A model generated the notes under the pieces. That model was not told where the DNA came from. It was given only the letters and a program-made list of their open reading frames with translations, and did no database searches. Positions 36,001-50,800 of a stretch of DNA of 64,000 nucleotides are shown one piece after another (the first letter of the stretch is position 1; each line of letters opens with the position of its first letter). A program made the position numbers and the translations under genes. The DNA lies in contig OZ024740.1 of assembly GCA_964016885.1 (NCBI GenBank), positions 124,001 to 188,000 of the forward strand. The letters run 5' to 3'. This DNA is from Eledone cirrhosa. Taxonomy: Eukaryota.

Positions 36001-39000
36001 TATGGCTAGATAGAGTGTTTATGGCTAGATACAGTGTTTATGGCTAGATATAGTGTTTATGGCTAGATATAGTGTTTATGGCTAGATAGAGTGTTTATGG
36101 CTAGATATAGTGTTTATGGCTAGGTAGAGTGTTTATGGCTAGATATAGTGTTTATGGCTAGATATAGTGTTTATGGCTAGATATAGTGTTTATGGCTAGA
36201 TATAGTGTTTATGGCTAGGTAGAGTGTTTATGGCTAGATAGAGTGTTTATGGCTAGATACAGTGTTTATGGCTAGATATAGTGTTTATGGCTAGATACAG
36301 TGTTTATGGCTAGGTAGAGTGCAGTGTTTATGGCTAGGTATAGTGTTTATGGCTAGGTAGAGTGCAGTGTTTATGGCTAGGTATAGTGTTTATGGCTCGA
36401 TATAGTGTTTATGGCTAGAGACAGTGTTTATGGCTAGGTATAGTGTTTATGATTAGATACAGTGTTTATGGCTAGATATAGTGTTTATGGCTAGATATAG
36501 TGTTTATGGCTAGATATAGTGTTTATGGCTAGATATAGTGTTTATGGCTAGATACAGTGTTTATGGCTAGGTAGAGTGCAGTGTTTATGGCTAGGTATAG
36601 TGTTTATGGCTAGGTAGAGTGCAGTGTTTATGGCTAGGTATAGTGTTTATGGCTAGATATAGTGTTTATGGCTAGATATAGTGTTTATGGCTAGATACAG
36701 TGTTTATGGCTAGATATAGTGTTTATGGCTAGATATAGTGTTTATGGCTAGATATAGTGTTTATGGCTAGGTAGAGTGCAGTGTTTATGGCTAGGTATAG
36801 TGTTTATGGCTAGGTATAGTGTTTATGGCTAGATACAGTGTTTATGGCTAGATACAGTGTTTATGGCTAGGTATAGTGTTTATGGCTAGATATAGTGTTT
36901 ATGGCTAGATATAGTGTTTATGGCTAGGTAGAGTGCAGTGTTTATGGCTAGATATAGTGTTTATGGCTAGATATAGTGTTTATGGCTAGATACAGTGTTT
37001 ATGGCTAGATACAGTGTTTATGGCTAGATACAGTGTTTATGGCTAGATACAGTGTTTATGGCTAGATATAGTGTTTATGGCTAGATACAGTGTTTATGGC
37101 TAGATATAGTGTTTATGGCTAGATATAGTGTTTATGGCTAGATATAGTGTTTATGGCTAGATATAGTGTTTATGGCTAGATAGAGTGTTTATGGCTAGGT
37201 AGAGTGTTTATGGCTAGATATAGTGTTTATGGCTAGATATAGTGTTTATGGCTAGATAGAGTGTTTATGGCTAGATAGAGTGTTTATGGCTAGATACAGT
37301 GTTTATGGCTAGATATAGTGTTTATGGCTAGATATAGTGTTTATGGCTAGATAGAGTGTTTATGGCTAGATATAGTGTTTATGGCTAGGTAGAGTGTTTA
37401 TGGCTAGATATAGTGTTTATGGCTAGATATAGTGTTTATGGCTAGATATAGTGTTTATGGCTAGATATAGTGTTTATGGCTAGGTAGAGTGTTTATGGCT
37501 AGATAGAGTGTTTATGGCTAGATACAGTGTTTATGGCTAGATATAGTGTTTATGGCTAGATACAGTGTTTATGGCTAGGTAGAGTGCAGTGTTTATGGCT
37601 AGGTATAGTGTTTATGGCTAGGTAGAGTGCAGTGTTTATGGCTAGGTATAGTGTTTATGGCTCGATATAGTGTTTATGGCTAGAGACAGTGTTTATGGCT
37701 AGGTATAGTGTTTATGATTAGATACAGTGTTTATGGCTAGATATAGTGTTTATGGCTAGATATAGTGTTTATGGCTAGATATAGTGTTTATGGCTAGATA
37801 TAGTGTTTATGGCTAGATACAGTGTTTATGGCTAGGTAGAGTGCAGTGTTTATGGCTAGGTATAGTGTTTATGGCTAGGTAGAGTGCAGTGTTTATGGCT
37901 AGGTATAGTGTTTATGGCTAGATATAGTGTTTATGGCTAGATACAGTGTTTATGGCTAGGTATAGTGTTTATGGATAGGTATAGTGTTTATGGATAGGTA
38001 TAGTGTTTATGGCTAGATATAGTGTTTATGGCTAGATATAGTGTTTATGGCTAGATACAGTGTTTATGGCTAGGTATAGTGTTTATGGCTAGGTATAGTG
38101 TTTATGGCTAGATATAGTGTTTATGGCTAGGTAGAGTGCAGTGTTTATGGCTAGGTAGAGTGCAGTGTTTATGGCTAGGTAGAGTGCAGTGTTTATGGCT
38201 AGGTATAGTGTTTATGGTTAGATATAGTGTTTATGGCTAGATACAGTGTTTATGGCTAGGTATAGTGTTTATGGCTAGATATAGTGTTTATGGCTAGATA
38301 TAGTGTTTATGGCTAGATACAGTGTTTATGGCTAGGTATAGTGTTTATGGCTAGATATAGTGTTTATGGCTAGATATAGTGTTTATGGCTAGATACAGTG
38401 TTTATGGCTAGATATAGTGTTTATGGCTAGATATAGTGTTTATGGCTAGGTAGAGTGCAGTGTTTATGGCTAGGTATAGTGTTTATGGCTAGATATAGTG
38501 TTTATGGCTAGATATAGTGTTTATGGCTAGATATAGTGTTTATGGCTAGATATAGTGTTTATGGCTAGATAGAGTGTTTATGGCTAGGTAGAGTGTTTAT
38601 GGCTAGATATAGTGTTTATGGCTAGATATAGTGTTTATGGCTAGATATAGTGTTTATGGCTAGATAGAGTGTTTATGGCTAGATAGAGTGTTTATGGCTA
38701 GATACAGTGTTTATGGCTAGATATAGTGTTTATGGCTAGATATAGTGTTTATGGCTAGATAGAGTGTTTATGGCTAGATATAGTGTTTATGGCTAGGTAG
38801 AGTGTTTATGGCTAGATATAGTGTTTATGGCTAGATATAGTGTTTATGGCTAGATATAGTGTTTATGGCTAGATATAGTGTTTATGGCTAGGTAGAGTGT
38901 TTATGGCTAGATAGAGTGTTTATGGCTAGATACAGTGTTTATGGCTAGATATAGTGTTTATGGCTAGATACAGTGTTTATGGCTAGGTAGAGTGCAGTGT

Positions 39001-42000
39001 TTATGGCTAGGTATAGTGTTTATGGCTAGGTAGAGTGCAGTGTTTATGGCTAGGTATAGTGTTTATGGCTCGATATAGTGTTTATGGCTAGAGACAGTGT
39101 TTATGGCTAGGTATAGTGTTTATGATTAGATACAGTGTTTATGGCTAGATATAGTGTTTATGGCTAGATATAGTGTTTATGGCTAGATATAGTGTTTATG
39201 GCTAGATATAGTGTTTATGGCTAGATACAGTGTTTATGGCTAGGTAGAGTGCAGTGTTTATGGCTAGGTATAGTGTTTATGGCTAGGTAGAGTGCAGTGT
39301 TTATGGCTAGGTATAGTGTTTATGGCTAGATATAGTGTTTATGGCTAGATACAGTGTTTATGGCTAGGTATAGTGTTTATGGATAGGTATAGTGTTTATG
39401 GATAGGTATAGTGTTTATGGCTAGATATAGTGTTTATGGCTAGATATAGTGTTTATGGCTAGATACAGTGTTTATGGCTAGGTATAGTGTTTATGGCTAG
39501 GTATAGTGTTTATGGCTAGATATAGTGTTTATGGCTAGGTAGAGTGCAGTGTTTATGGCTAGGTAGAGTGCAGTGTTTATGGCTAGGTAGAGTGCAGTGT
39601 TTATGGCTAGGTATAGTGTTTATGGCTAGATATAGTGTTTATGGCTAGATACAGTGTTTATGGCTAGGTATAGTGTTTATGGCTAGATATAGTGTTTATG
39701 GCTAGATATAGTGTTTATGGCTAGATACAGTGTTTATGGCTAGGTATAGTGTTTATGGCTAGATATAGTGTTTATGGCTAGATATAGTGTTTATGGCTAG
39801 ATACAGTGTTTATGGCTAGATATAGTGTTTATGGCTAGATATAGTGTTTATGGCTAGGTAGAGTGCAGTGATTATGGCTAGGTATAGTGTTTATGGCTAG
39901 ATATAGTGTTTATGGCTAGATACAGTGTTTATGGCTAGATACAGTGTTTATGGCTAGATACAGTGTTTATGGCTAGATATAGTGTTTATGGCTAGGTAGA
40001 GTGCAGTGTTTATGGCTAGATATAGTGTTTATGGCTAGATATAGTGTTTATGGCTAGATATAGTGTTTATGGCTAGATACAGTGTTTATGGCTAGATACA
40101 GTGTTTATGGCTAGATACAGTGTTTATGGCTAGGTAGAGTGTTTATGGCTAGGTAGAGTGTTTATGGCTAGATACAGTGTTTATGGCTAGGTAGAGTGTT
40201 TATGGCTAGGTAGAGTGTTTATGGCTAGATACAGTGTTTATGGCTAGGTAGAGTGTTTATGGCTAGGTAGAGTGTTTATGGCTAGGTAGAGTGTTTATGG
40301 CTAGATACAGTGTTTATGGCTAGGTAGAGTGTTTATGGCTAGATACAGTGTTTATGGCTAGGTAGAGTGTTTATGGCTAGGTAGAGTGTTTATGGCTAGA
40401 TACAGTGTTTATGGCTAGGTAGAGTGTTTATGGCTAGATATAGTGTTTATGGCTAGATATAGTGTTTATGGCTAGATACAGTGTTTATGGCTAGATAGAG
40501 TGTTTATGGCTAGATACAGTGTTTATGGCTAGATACAGTGTTTATGGCTAGATATAGTGTTTATGGCTAGATACAGTGTTTATGGCTAGATACAGTGTTT
40601 ATGGCTAGGTAGAGTGTTTATGGCTAGGTAGAGTGTTTATGGCTAGGTAGAGTGTTTATGGCTAGGTAGAGTTTTTATGGCTAGATACAGTGTTTATGGC
40701 TAGGTAGAGTGTTATGGCTAGATAGAGTGTTTATGGCTAGATACAGTGTTTATGGCTAGGTATAGTGTTTATGGCTAGGTAGAGTGTTTATGGCTAGGTA
40801 TGGTGTTTATGGCTAGATATAGTGTTTATGGCTAGATACAGTGTTTATGGCTAGATAGAGTGCAGTGTTTATGGCTAGGTATAGTGTTTATGGCTAGGTA
40901 GAGTGCAGTGTTTATGGCTAGGTATAGTGTTTATGGCTCGATATAGTGTTTATGGCTAGATACAGTGTTTATGGCTAGGTATAGTGTTTATGACTAGATA
41001 CAGTGTTTATGGCTAGATATAGTGTTTATGGCTAGATATAGTGTTTATGGCTAGATATAGTGTTTATGGCTAGATACAGTGTTTATGGCTAGGTAGAGTG
41101 CAGTGTTTATGGCTAGGTATAGTGTTTATGGCTAGGTAGAGTGCAGTGTTTATGGCTAGGTATAGTGTTTATGGCTAGATATAGTGTTTATGGCTAGATA
41201 CAGTGTTTATGGCTAGGTATAGTGTTTATGGCTAGGTATAGTGTTTATGGCTAGATATAGTGTTTATGGCTAGGTAGAGTGCAGTGTTTATGGCTAGATA
41301 TAGTGTTTATGGCTAGATATAGTGTTTATGGCTAGATACAGTGTTTATGGCTAGATACAGTGTTTATGGCTAGATACAGTGTTTATGGCTAGGTAGAGTG
41401 TTTATGGCTAGGTAGAGTGTTTATGGCTAGATACAGTGTTTATGGCTAGGTAGAGTGTTTATGGCTAGGTAGAGTGTTTATGGCTAGATACAGTGTTTAT
41501 GGCTAGGTAGAGTGTTTATGGCTAGGTAGAGTGTTTATGGCTAGATACAGTGTTTATGGCTAGGTAGAGTGTTTATGGCTAGATACAGTGTTTATGGCTA
41601 GGTAGAGTGTTTATGGCTAGATACAGTGTTTATGGCTAGGTAGAGTGTTTATGGCTAGGTAGAGTGTTTATGGCTAGATACAGTGTTTATGGCTAGGTAG
41701 AGTGTTTATGGCTAGATATAGTGTTTATGGCTAGATATAGTGTTTATGGCTAGATACAGTGTTTATGGCTAGATAGAGTGTTTATGGCTAGATACAGTGT
41801 TTATGGCTAGATACAGTGTTTATGGCTAGATATAGTGTTTATGGCTAGATACAGTGTTTATGGCTAGATACAGTGTTTATGGCTAGGTAGAGTGTTTATG
41901 GCTAGGTAGAGTGTTTATGGCTAGGTAGAGTGTTTATGGCTAGGTAGAGTGTTTATGGCTAGATACAGTGTTTATGGCTAGGTAGAGTGTTATGGCTAGA

Positions 42001-45000
42001 TAGAGTGTTTATGGCTAGATACAGTGTTTATGGCTAGGTAGAGTGTTTATGGCTAGGTAGAGTGTTTATGGCTAGGTATGGTGTTTATGGCTAGATATAG
42101 TGTTTATGGCTAGATACAGTGTTTATGGCTAGATAGAGTGCAGTGTTTATGGCTAGGTATAGTGTTTATGGCTAGGTAGAGTGCAGTGTTTATGGCTAGG
42201 TATAGTGTTTATGGCTCGATATAGTGTTTATGGCTAGATACAGTGTTTATGGCTAGGTATAGTGTTTATGACTAGATACAGTGTTTATGGCTAGATATAG
42301 TGTTTATGGCTAGATATAGTGTTTATGGCTAGATATAGTGTTTATGGCTAGATACAGTGTTTATGGCTAGGTAGAGTGCAGTGTTTATGGCTAGGTATAG
42401 TGTTTATGGCTAGGTAGAGTGCAGTGTTTATGGCTAGGTATAGTGTTTATGGCTAGATATAGTGTTTATGGCTAGATACAGTGTTTATGGCTAGGTATAG
42501 TGTTTATGGCTAGGTATAGTGTTTATGGCTAGATATAGTGTTTATGGCTAGATATAGTGTTTATGGCTAGATACAGTGTTTATGGCTAGATATAGTGTTT
42601 ATGGCTAGATACAGTGTTTATGGCTAGGTATAGTGTTTATGGCTAGATATAGTGTTTATGGCTAGATATAGTGTTTATGGCTAGGTAGAGTGCAGTGTTT
42701 ATGGCTAGGTATAGTGTTTATGGCTAGATATAGTGTTTATGGCTAGATACAGTGTTTATGGCTAGGTATAGTGTTTATGGCTAGATACAGTGTTTATGGC
42801 TAGGTATAGTGTTTATGGCTAGATATAGTGTTTATGGCTAGATATAGTGTTTATGGCTAGATACAGTGTTTATGGCTAGATATAGTGTTTATGGCTAGAT
42901 ATAGTGTTTATGGCTAGATATAGTGTTTATGGCTAGATATAGTGTTTATGGCTAGGTAGAGTGCAGTGTTTATGGCTAGGTATAGTGTTTATGGCTAGGT
43001 ATAGTGTTTATGGCTAGATACAGTGTTTATGGCTAGGTATAGTGTTTATGGCTAGATATAGTGTTTATGGCTAGATATAGTGTTTATGGCTAGGTAGAGT
43101 GCAGTGTTTATGGCTAGATATAGTGTTTATGGCTAGATATAGTGTTTATGGCTAGATACAGTGTTTATGGCTAGATACAGTGTTTATGGCTAGATACAGT
43201 GTTTATGGCTAGATATAGTGTTTATGGCTAGATACAGTGTTTATGGCTAGATATAGTGTTTATGGCTAGATATAGTGTTTATGGCTAGATAGAGTGTTTA
43301 TGGCTAGGTAGAGTGTTTATGGCTAGGTAGAGTGTTTATGGCTAGATATAGTGTTTATGGCTAGATAGAGTGTTTATGGCTAGATAGAGTGTTTATGGCT
43401 AGATACAGTGTTTATGGCCAGATATAGTGTTTATGGCTAGATATAGTGTTTATGGCTAGATAGAGTGTTTATGGCTAGATATAGTGTTTATGGCTAGGTA
43501 GAGTGTTTATGGCTAGATATAGTGTTTATGGCTAGATATAGTGTTTATGGCTAGGTAGAGTGTTTATGGCTAGGTATAGTGTTTATGGCTAGATATAGTG
43601 TTTATGGCTAGATACAGTGTTTATGGCTAGATACAGTGTTTATGGCTAGATATAGTGTTTATGGCTAGATATAGTGTTTATGGCTAGGTAGAGTGTTTAT
43701 GGCTAGATAGAGTGTTTATGGCTAGATATAGTGTTTATGGCTAGGTAGAGTGTTTATGGCTAGGTATAGTGTTTATGGCTAGATACAGTGTTTATGGCTA
43801 GATACAGTGTTTATGGCTAGATATAGTGTTTATGGCTAGATATAGTGTTTATGGCTAGGTAGAGTGTTTATGGCTAGATAGAGTGTTTATGGCTAGATAC
43901 AGTGTTTATGGCTAGATATAGTGTTTATGGCTAGATACAGTGTTTATGGCTAGGTAGAGTGCAGTGTTTATGGCTAGGTATAGTGTTTATGGCTAGGTAG
44001 AGTGCAGTGTTTATGGCTAGGTATAGTGTTTATGGCTCGATATAGTGTTTATGGCTAGAGACAGTGTTTATGGCTAGGTATAGTGTTTATGATTAGATAC
44101 AGTGTTTATGGCTAGATATAGTGTTTATGGCTAGATATAGTGTTTATGGCTAGATATAGTGTTTATGGCTAGATACAGTGTTTATGGCTAGGTAGAGTGC
44201 AGTGTTTATGGCTAGGTATAGTGTTTATGGCTAGGTAGAGTGCAGTGTTTATGGCTAGGTATAGTGTTTATGGCTAGATATAGTGTTTATGGCTAGGTAT
44301 AGTGTTTATGGATAGGTGTAGTGTTTATGGATAGGTATAGTGTTTATGGCTAGATATAGTGTTTATGGCTAGATATAGTGTTTATGGCTAGATACAGTGT
44401 TTATGGCTAGGTATAGTGTTTATGGCTAGGTAGAGTGCAGTGTTTATGGCTAGGTAGAGTGCAGTGTTTATGGCTAGGTATAGTGTTTATGGCTAGATAT
44501 AGTGTTTATGGCTAGATACAGTGTTTATGGCTAGGTATAGTGTTTATGGCTAGATATAGTGTTTATGGCTAGATATAGTGTTTATGGCTAGATACAGTGT
44601 TTATGGCTAGATACAGTGTTTATGGCTAGGTATAGTGTTTATGGCTAGATATAGTGTTTATGGCTAGATATAGTGTTTATGGCTAAATACAGTGTTTATG
44701 GCTAGATATAGTGTTTATGGCTAGATATAGTGTTTATGGCTAGATATAGTGTTTATGGCTAGGTAGAGTGCAGTGTTTATGGCTAGGTATAGTGTTTATG
44801 GCTCGATATAGTGTTTATGGCTAGATACAGTGTTTATGGCTAGGTATAGTGTTTATGGCTAGATATAGTGTTTATGGCTAGATATAGTGTTTATGGCTAG
44901 GTAGAGTGCAGTGTTTATGGCTAGATATAGTGTTTATGGCTAGATACAGTGTTTATGGCTAGATACAGTGTTTATGGCTAGATACAGTGTTTATGGCTAG

Positions 45001-46115
45001 ATACAGTGTTTATGGCTAGATATAGTGTTTATGGCTAGATACAGTGTTTATGGCTAGATATAGTGTTTATGGCTAGATACAGTGTTTATGGCTAGATATA
45101 GTGTTTATGGCTAGATACAGTGTTTATGGCTAGATACAGTGTTTATGGCTAGATATAGTGTTTATGGCTAGATACAGTGTTTATGGCTAGGTATAGTGTT
45201 TATGGCTAGATACAGTGTTTATGGCTAGATACAGTGTTTATTGCTAGATACAGTGTTTATGGCTACATATAGTGTTTATGGCTAGATACAGTGTTTATGG
45301 CTAGATATAGTGTTTATGGCTAGATATAGTGTTTATGGCTAGATACAGTGTTTATGGCTAGATACAGTGTTTATGGCTACATATAGTGTTTATGGCTAGA
45401 TATAGTGTTTATGGCTAGATACAGTGTTTATGGCTAGATACAGTGTTTATGGCTAGATATAGTGTTTATGGCTAGGTAGAGTGCAGTGTTTATGGCTAGG
45501 TATAGTGTTTATGCCTAGATATAGTGTTTATGGCTAGGTATAGTGTTTATGGCTAGATATAGTGTTTATGGCTAGATATAGTGTTTAAGGCTAGATACAG
45601 TGTTTATGGCTAGATATAGTGTTTATGGCTAGATATAGTGTTTATGGCTAGATACAGTGTTTATGGCTAGATATAGTGTTTATGGCTAGATATAGTGTTT
45701 ATGGCTAGGTATAGTGTTTATGGCTAGATATAGTGTTTATGGCTAGGTATAGTGTTTATGGCTAGATATAGTGTTTATGGCTAGATACAGTGTTTATGGC
45801 TAGATATAGTGTTTATGGCTAGATATAGTGTTTATGGCTAGGTATAGTGTTTATGGCTAGATATAGTGTTTATGGCTAGGTATAGTGTTTATGGCTAGAT
45901 ATAGTGTTTATGGCTAGGTATAATGTTTATGGCTAGAAATAGTGTTTATGGCTAGGTATAGTGTTTATGGCTAGGTATAGTGTTTATGGCTAGGTATAAT
46001 GTTTATGGCTAGAAATAGTGTTTATGGCTAGATATAGTGTTTATGGCTAGATATAGTGTTTAAGGCTAGATACAGTGTTTATGGCTAGATATAGTGTTTA
46101 TCGCTAGATACTGTG
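33095..46115. repeat. 13-kb 19-bp satellite (several hundred units) with a 24-bp variant and kb-scale higher-order duplication
   Basis: Unit AGTGTTTATGGCTAG(A/G)TA(T/C/G); variant with extra GTGCA. Confidence 0.99.
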
Positions 46116-46269
46116 TTATTGAGAGAGAAATATAGTGAAAGTGTGGAAGGTAGAGAGTGCTGTTATTACACTAAGAGTTTTGATTGAAATACCTATAATT
46201 TTATGAGCTAATTTGTCAACACTGCTGGAAAAACCTATGTGTATGTGTGTCCTAAGGAAAACCCTTGCT

Positions 46270-47842
46270 ACATCATCAGCATCATTGTTTAACGACTATC
46301 TTCCACGCTAGCTTAGGTTTAGACGGGAATTGTCCCACTTGAGGCAAGATTGGTCGTGTCGCTCGTATGGGACTGTCTGGCAGGTTTTCTACAGCAGCAT
46401 GCCCTTCCTAACACCAATCACGTTTACAGTGTGGGCTGGGTGCTTTTTTGCTGTGGCACCTCCATGACCACTTTGCAGTAGGAGGGTGTGGGGTCATGTT
46501 TCAGCTTCGGCGTGTACCCGTGAAGGGTCAGGTCTTCTGTATTACTGTGTGACGCCAGAGGTGACGGTCGTGTCATCGCCTTGGAGAGGTGTAATTGAGT
46601 AAGATCGGCTTTTATCACCTCATTCCAGGTCTTCTTGGGTCTCCCCACTCCGCAGTTTCCATCGACTTCTAGAGCTCTGCACCTTTTTATGCATCAGATG
46701 TCCATACCAACGCAACCGCCTCTCCTGCACACAGCATTTGATTCCTCTTATGCTCAGTCTCTCAATCCATTTATGCTTTGTCGTTCGCGTATATTACTAT
46801 TACACATCCATCGGAGCATGCAGGCTTCGTTTCTTTCTAATCTACGCAAGTCTTCTACAGACAGCGCCCAGGTGTCACTACCATGTAACATTGCTGTTCG
46901 TATACACGCATCATATAGTCTGCCTTTCAATTTGAGGGAAAAGCCTTTTGCAGCTAGCAGTGGCAGTAGCTCCCTGAATTTCTTCCATCCCGTTCTTACC
47001 CTAGTTATTGTACTTGGTTGTGTTTGCTGCTTGCTGTCCCAGCACAGCTGCTGCATGTGAAGCCTACATTCTTAGTTAAGCTTCCTGAGATCCCACTACA
47101 TCTCTTGTGAACCTATTGTTTGCATTTGGGGCAGAGGATGGAGGTCCTACCTACACCTTTCCTACATACTGAGCAAGGCCATTTCTCTGAGGGGATCTGG
47201 GTTCTGTTTTCTCGTCTACTTACAAGGACCTTAGTCTTTGTCAAGTTGACTTTGAGACCCTTTCTTTCTGGTCCCTGCTTCCAAGTTTTGAATTTTTTCT
47301 CTAGTTCTACTATAGATTCCACTATAAATGTGAGGTCATCTGCATACAGGAGTTCCCATGGGCATCCAGTTTTAAACCCCTCCGCTATGGCCTGCAGGAC
47401 TATGATGAACAGGGAAGGGCTAAGAACAGAGCCCTGGTGGACACCAACCTGTACGCTAAATTCCTCGCTATACTCTTTGCTAATCCTAACTTTGCTTACT
47501 GCTCCTCTATACATGGCTTGTACAGCTTTCACAAGCCATTCATCTACTCCTTGTTTTCTAAGAACTCTGTCAAAGGCTTTGTCGAGATCGACGAATGCCA
47601 GGTAGAGTGGCTTACTTTTAGCTAGGTACTTTTCTGTAACTGCCTCACAAGGAAGAGGGCATCAGTTGTGCATCTTCCTGGCACAAACCCAAATTGCATC
47701 TCATCTAGTTTCACCCAGTCCCTAATCAACTGTGCTATAACTCTTTCTGTTACTTTCATGACGTGGTCCATCAGTTTTATACCTCTATAGTTTCCTCTAT
47801 CTAGTGCATCACCTTTACCTTTGTAGCAGTTGACAATGACCA
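46270..47842 (-). mobile_element. RTE LINE, second subfamily, 3' half with internal deletions
   Basis: IVNCYKGKGD, MQFGFVPG, HQGSVLSP, LLYADD, LHGSDTW; DNA matches the copy at 61.4-64 kb. Confidence 0.9.
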
Positions 47843-50800
47843 TCCCAGGCTTTTTTTTGGTCTGCCTACTCTGTAACTTCCGTCAATTTTGATCGCCTTG
47901 CACTTTTTTATACAGCTGTCGTCTTTCATGCGCATCACGTGACCGTACCAACATAGTCTTCTCTCGAGTAAACAACATCTGATCCCTCTTATTCCTAATT
48001 TCTCCCTTAGTTCGTTTATGCTTTGCCGTTCACGTATATTACTATTATACATCCAGCGGAGCATGCAAACTTCGTTCCTCTCCAGTCTGCGTATATCCTC
48101 TGCACACAATACCTAAGTCTCACTGCCATGTAACATTGCTGTTCGTATACAGGCATCATACAGCCTGCCTTTCATTTTTAGAGAGAACCCTTTAGCGGCC
48201 AATAGTGGTATAAGCTCTCTGAACTTTTTCCATCCCTTTCTGACTCTAGCTACTGTACTTTCAGAGCACCCTCCCCCACTGCTGATTTTGTCACCCAGGT
48301 AACGGAAGGTGTCCACTATTTCTATAGTACCATCTGTGCAATGGAATGAGTTAGTATTCTGTGGGCATTTGCTGCTACTTATTGCACCAGAGCACCGGCC
48401 ACATATAAAATCTATATTCTTAGTTAGCTTACCTGTGATCACACAACATCTATTATGCACCCATACTTTGCATTTGGGACATAAAATGGAGTTTCTGCCT
48501 ACTCCTTTCCTACACACTGAGCATGGCCATTTCCCAGAGGGGACCTGTGCCCTATTTTCTTTTCTAGTTCAGCCATTGATTCAGCTATGCGCATTAGATC
48601 GTCTGCATAGAGAAGTTCCCATGGGCAGCCAGTCTTGAACTCCTCTGTTATGGCCTGAAGGGCAATAATAAACAGGAGGGGGCTAAGGACAGAGCCCTGA
48701 TGGACACCAACCTTTACGCTAAATTATTCACTATATTCATGAATTCTAACCTTGCTGACTGTTTCTTTATACATGGCTTGTATAGCTCTCACAAGCCATT
48801 CATCAACCCCTAGTTTTCTAAGGGCCCACCAAGTCAACAAAAGCTAAGTAGAGGGGTTTACTTTTAGCTAGGTACTTCTCCTGTAGTTGTCGTACAAAGA
48901 AAAGGGCGTCCGTGGTACTTTTACCTGACACAAACCCAAACTGCATTTCGTCTAGATAAATTCTCTCTCTGATTAGTTGCGCTATAACGTTTTCTGTGAC
49001 CTTCATGACCTGGTCAATTAATTTAATGCCTCTATAATTTCCTCTGTCTAGTGCATCTCCTTTACCCATGTAGCAGTTAATGATGCTGCTACGCCAGTCA
49101 TTTGGTATGACCCCATTCTGTATGACTTGGTTTACTATCCGTGTGACCATAGTGTGTTCCACCATTCCAGATGCTTTCAGCATTTCAGCAACTATCTCCA
49201 AAGGCCCAGCTGCCTTGCCTGTCTTCATATCTTTGATTGCCTTACTTATCATACTACCTTCAACTTGCACTGCTGGTCCCTCTATTGGATCGATGTGGGG
49301 CAGACTATCTTTGTACCATTTATTCTCCTCATTTAGTAGCCTCTCGTAGTGACACTTCCAAGCTACCTTCTTATTAGCGTCAGTGATGGCAAGTACACCA
49401 TCATCATTAAGGACACACTTCTCCCCGACAATATCACGGTTTTCCTTGACACATTGCCTAGCAATCCTGAACACCTCACGTTGTTGGTCGTCGCGTTGTA
49501 GAACATGCTTGAACTTACTTTCCTCTGCTTCCCTTCTTGCGAAGTACACTTGTCTCCTAGCTTCCCTCCTGGCCACTTGATAGTCTTCTCTACTTCCCCC
49601 ATCCCGCCATACTTTCCAAGCCTGCTTTTTACCTTGATTGACTCCTCCACCTTACTGTTCCACTACCGTGTTACTCTCCTCCTGCCTATAGGTCTGCTCC
49701 AACCACAGATTTCATCTGTCGCCTTCAGCAGGTTAGCTTTCAGGAATTCCTACTGTTCCTCTATATTGTATGACTCTAATTGTTCTTCCTTACTGTCAAA
49801 AGCATCAAGTAATATTCTGTTAAGTTTGTTTCTGGCTGTGGGGTCCTTTAACTTCCATATTCTTCTCCTTAGGGTAGTCCTCATCTGTTGTCAAGTACGT
49901 CTCGTCCTGACTATGAGGTCGCTAACTATGAGGCTATGTTGGGAGGTGCATTCTTCACGGGGGGAGGGATTTAGTGTTTACAACAGACACTCTGTCACGT
50001 CTTCTGGTAAGGATTTAAAATATCTGACTGTCGTGTTCCCCTGATCTATAGGTGATCAAGTGATTGTCTTGTTTTTTGAGGTTTGTGTTACAGATAGTTA
50101 GGTTATTTTTGTCACAGAAATCCAGGATTCTGGAGCCTTCCTCATTTCTAGTACCAAACCCATAGCCTCCATGGATTCCGTTATAGCCGTCACAAAGTTG
50201 TCCTACATGACCATTTAGGTCGCCAGCAATAATTATGTAGTCAATGTCAGTTATTTGGGAGGTAGTGAGCATTAGCGACTCATAGAATTGTCTTCTTTTA
50301 TAATGCCAGGCAGTCCAGATTGGGGTGCATACGCCGATATTATTGTCACAGTAGTTCTATTTAGGACAAGTCTTATTTTAATTATTCAGTCGTTCACTCT
50401 ATTTACATCTATTATCTTATCTACCCATTTTTCTGCTAACATGATTCCTACTCCACCCAGCCCATTGTCATTTCCCACCCAGAAAAGCTTATAGCATCGT
50501 TTTTTACCCACAATGAATCTAGCAGACCCACCCCTCCACCTGGTCTCTTGAACACAGCAAACATCAACTTCCTTACATTCAAGCATCTCTACAACCTTGT
50601 TAGAGCGACCTTTCAAAGTGCCTACATTCATGGTACCAACTCTGAAGTTTTGGATTGCGTTTGGTGGGTAGGAAGGATGAGGCGCCGGGAGGGGTGAGGG
50701 AGATGGGTTTATATAAGCCATCCGTGGCCAAAATAAAGAGGAGGAGTCCTTGCATTCTCGTCCGGCCACATGAGGTGAATTTATCTTTATCTTTGGCATT

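Noticed and set aside
33095-46115. CRISPR-like or telomeric array
   Set aside because: No unique spacers, no cas genes, eukaryotic context, and not a TTAGGG-type repeat
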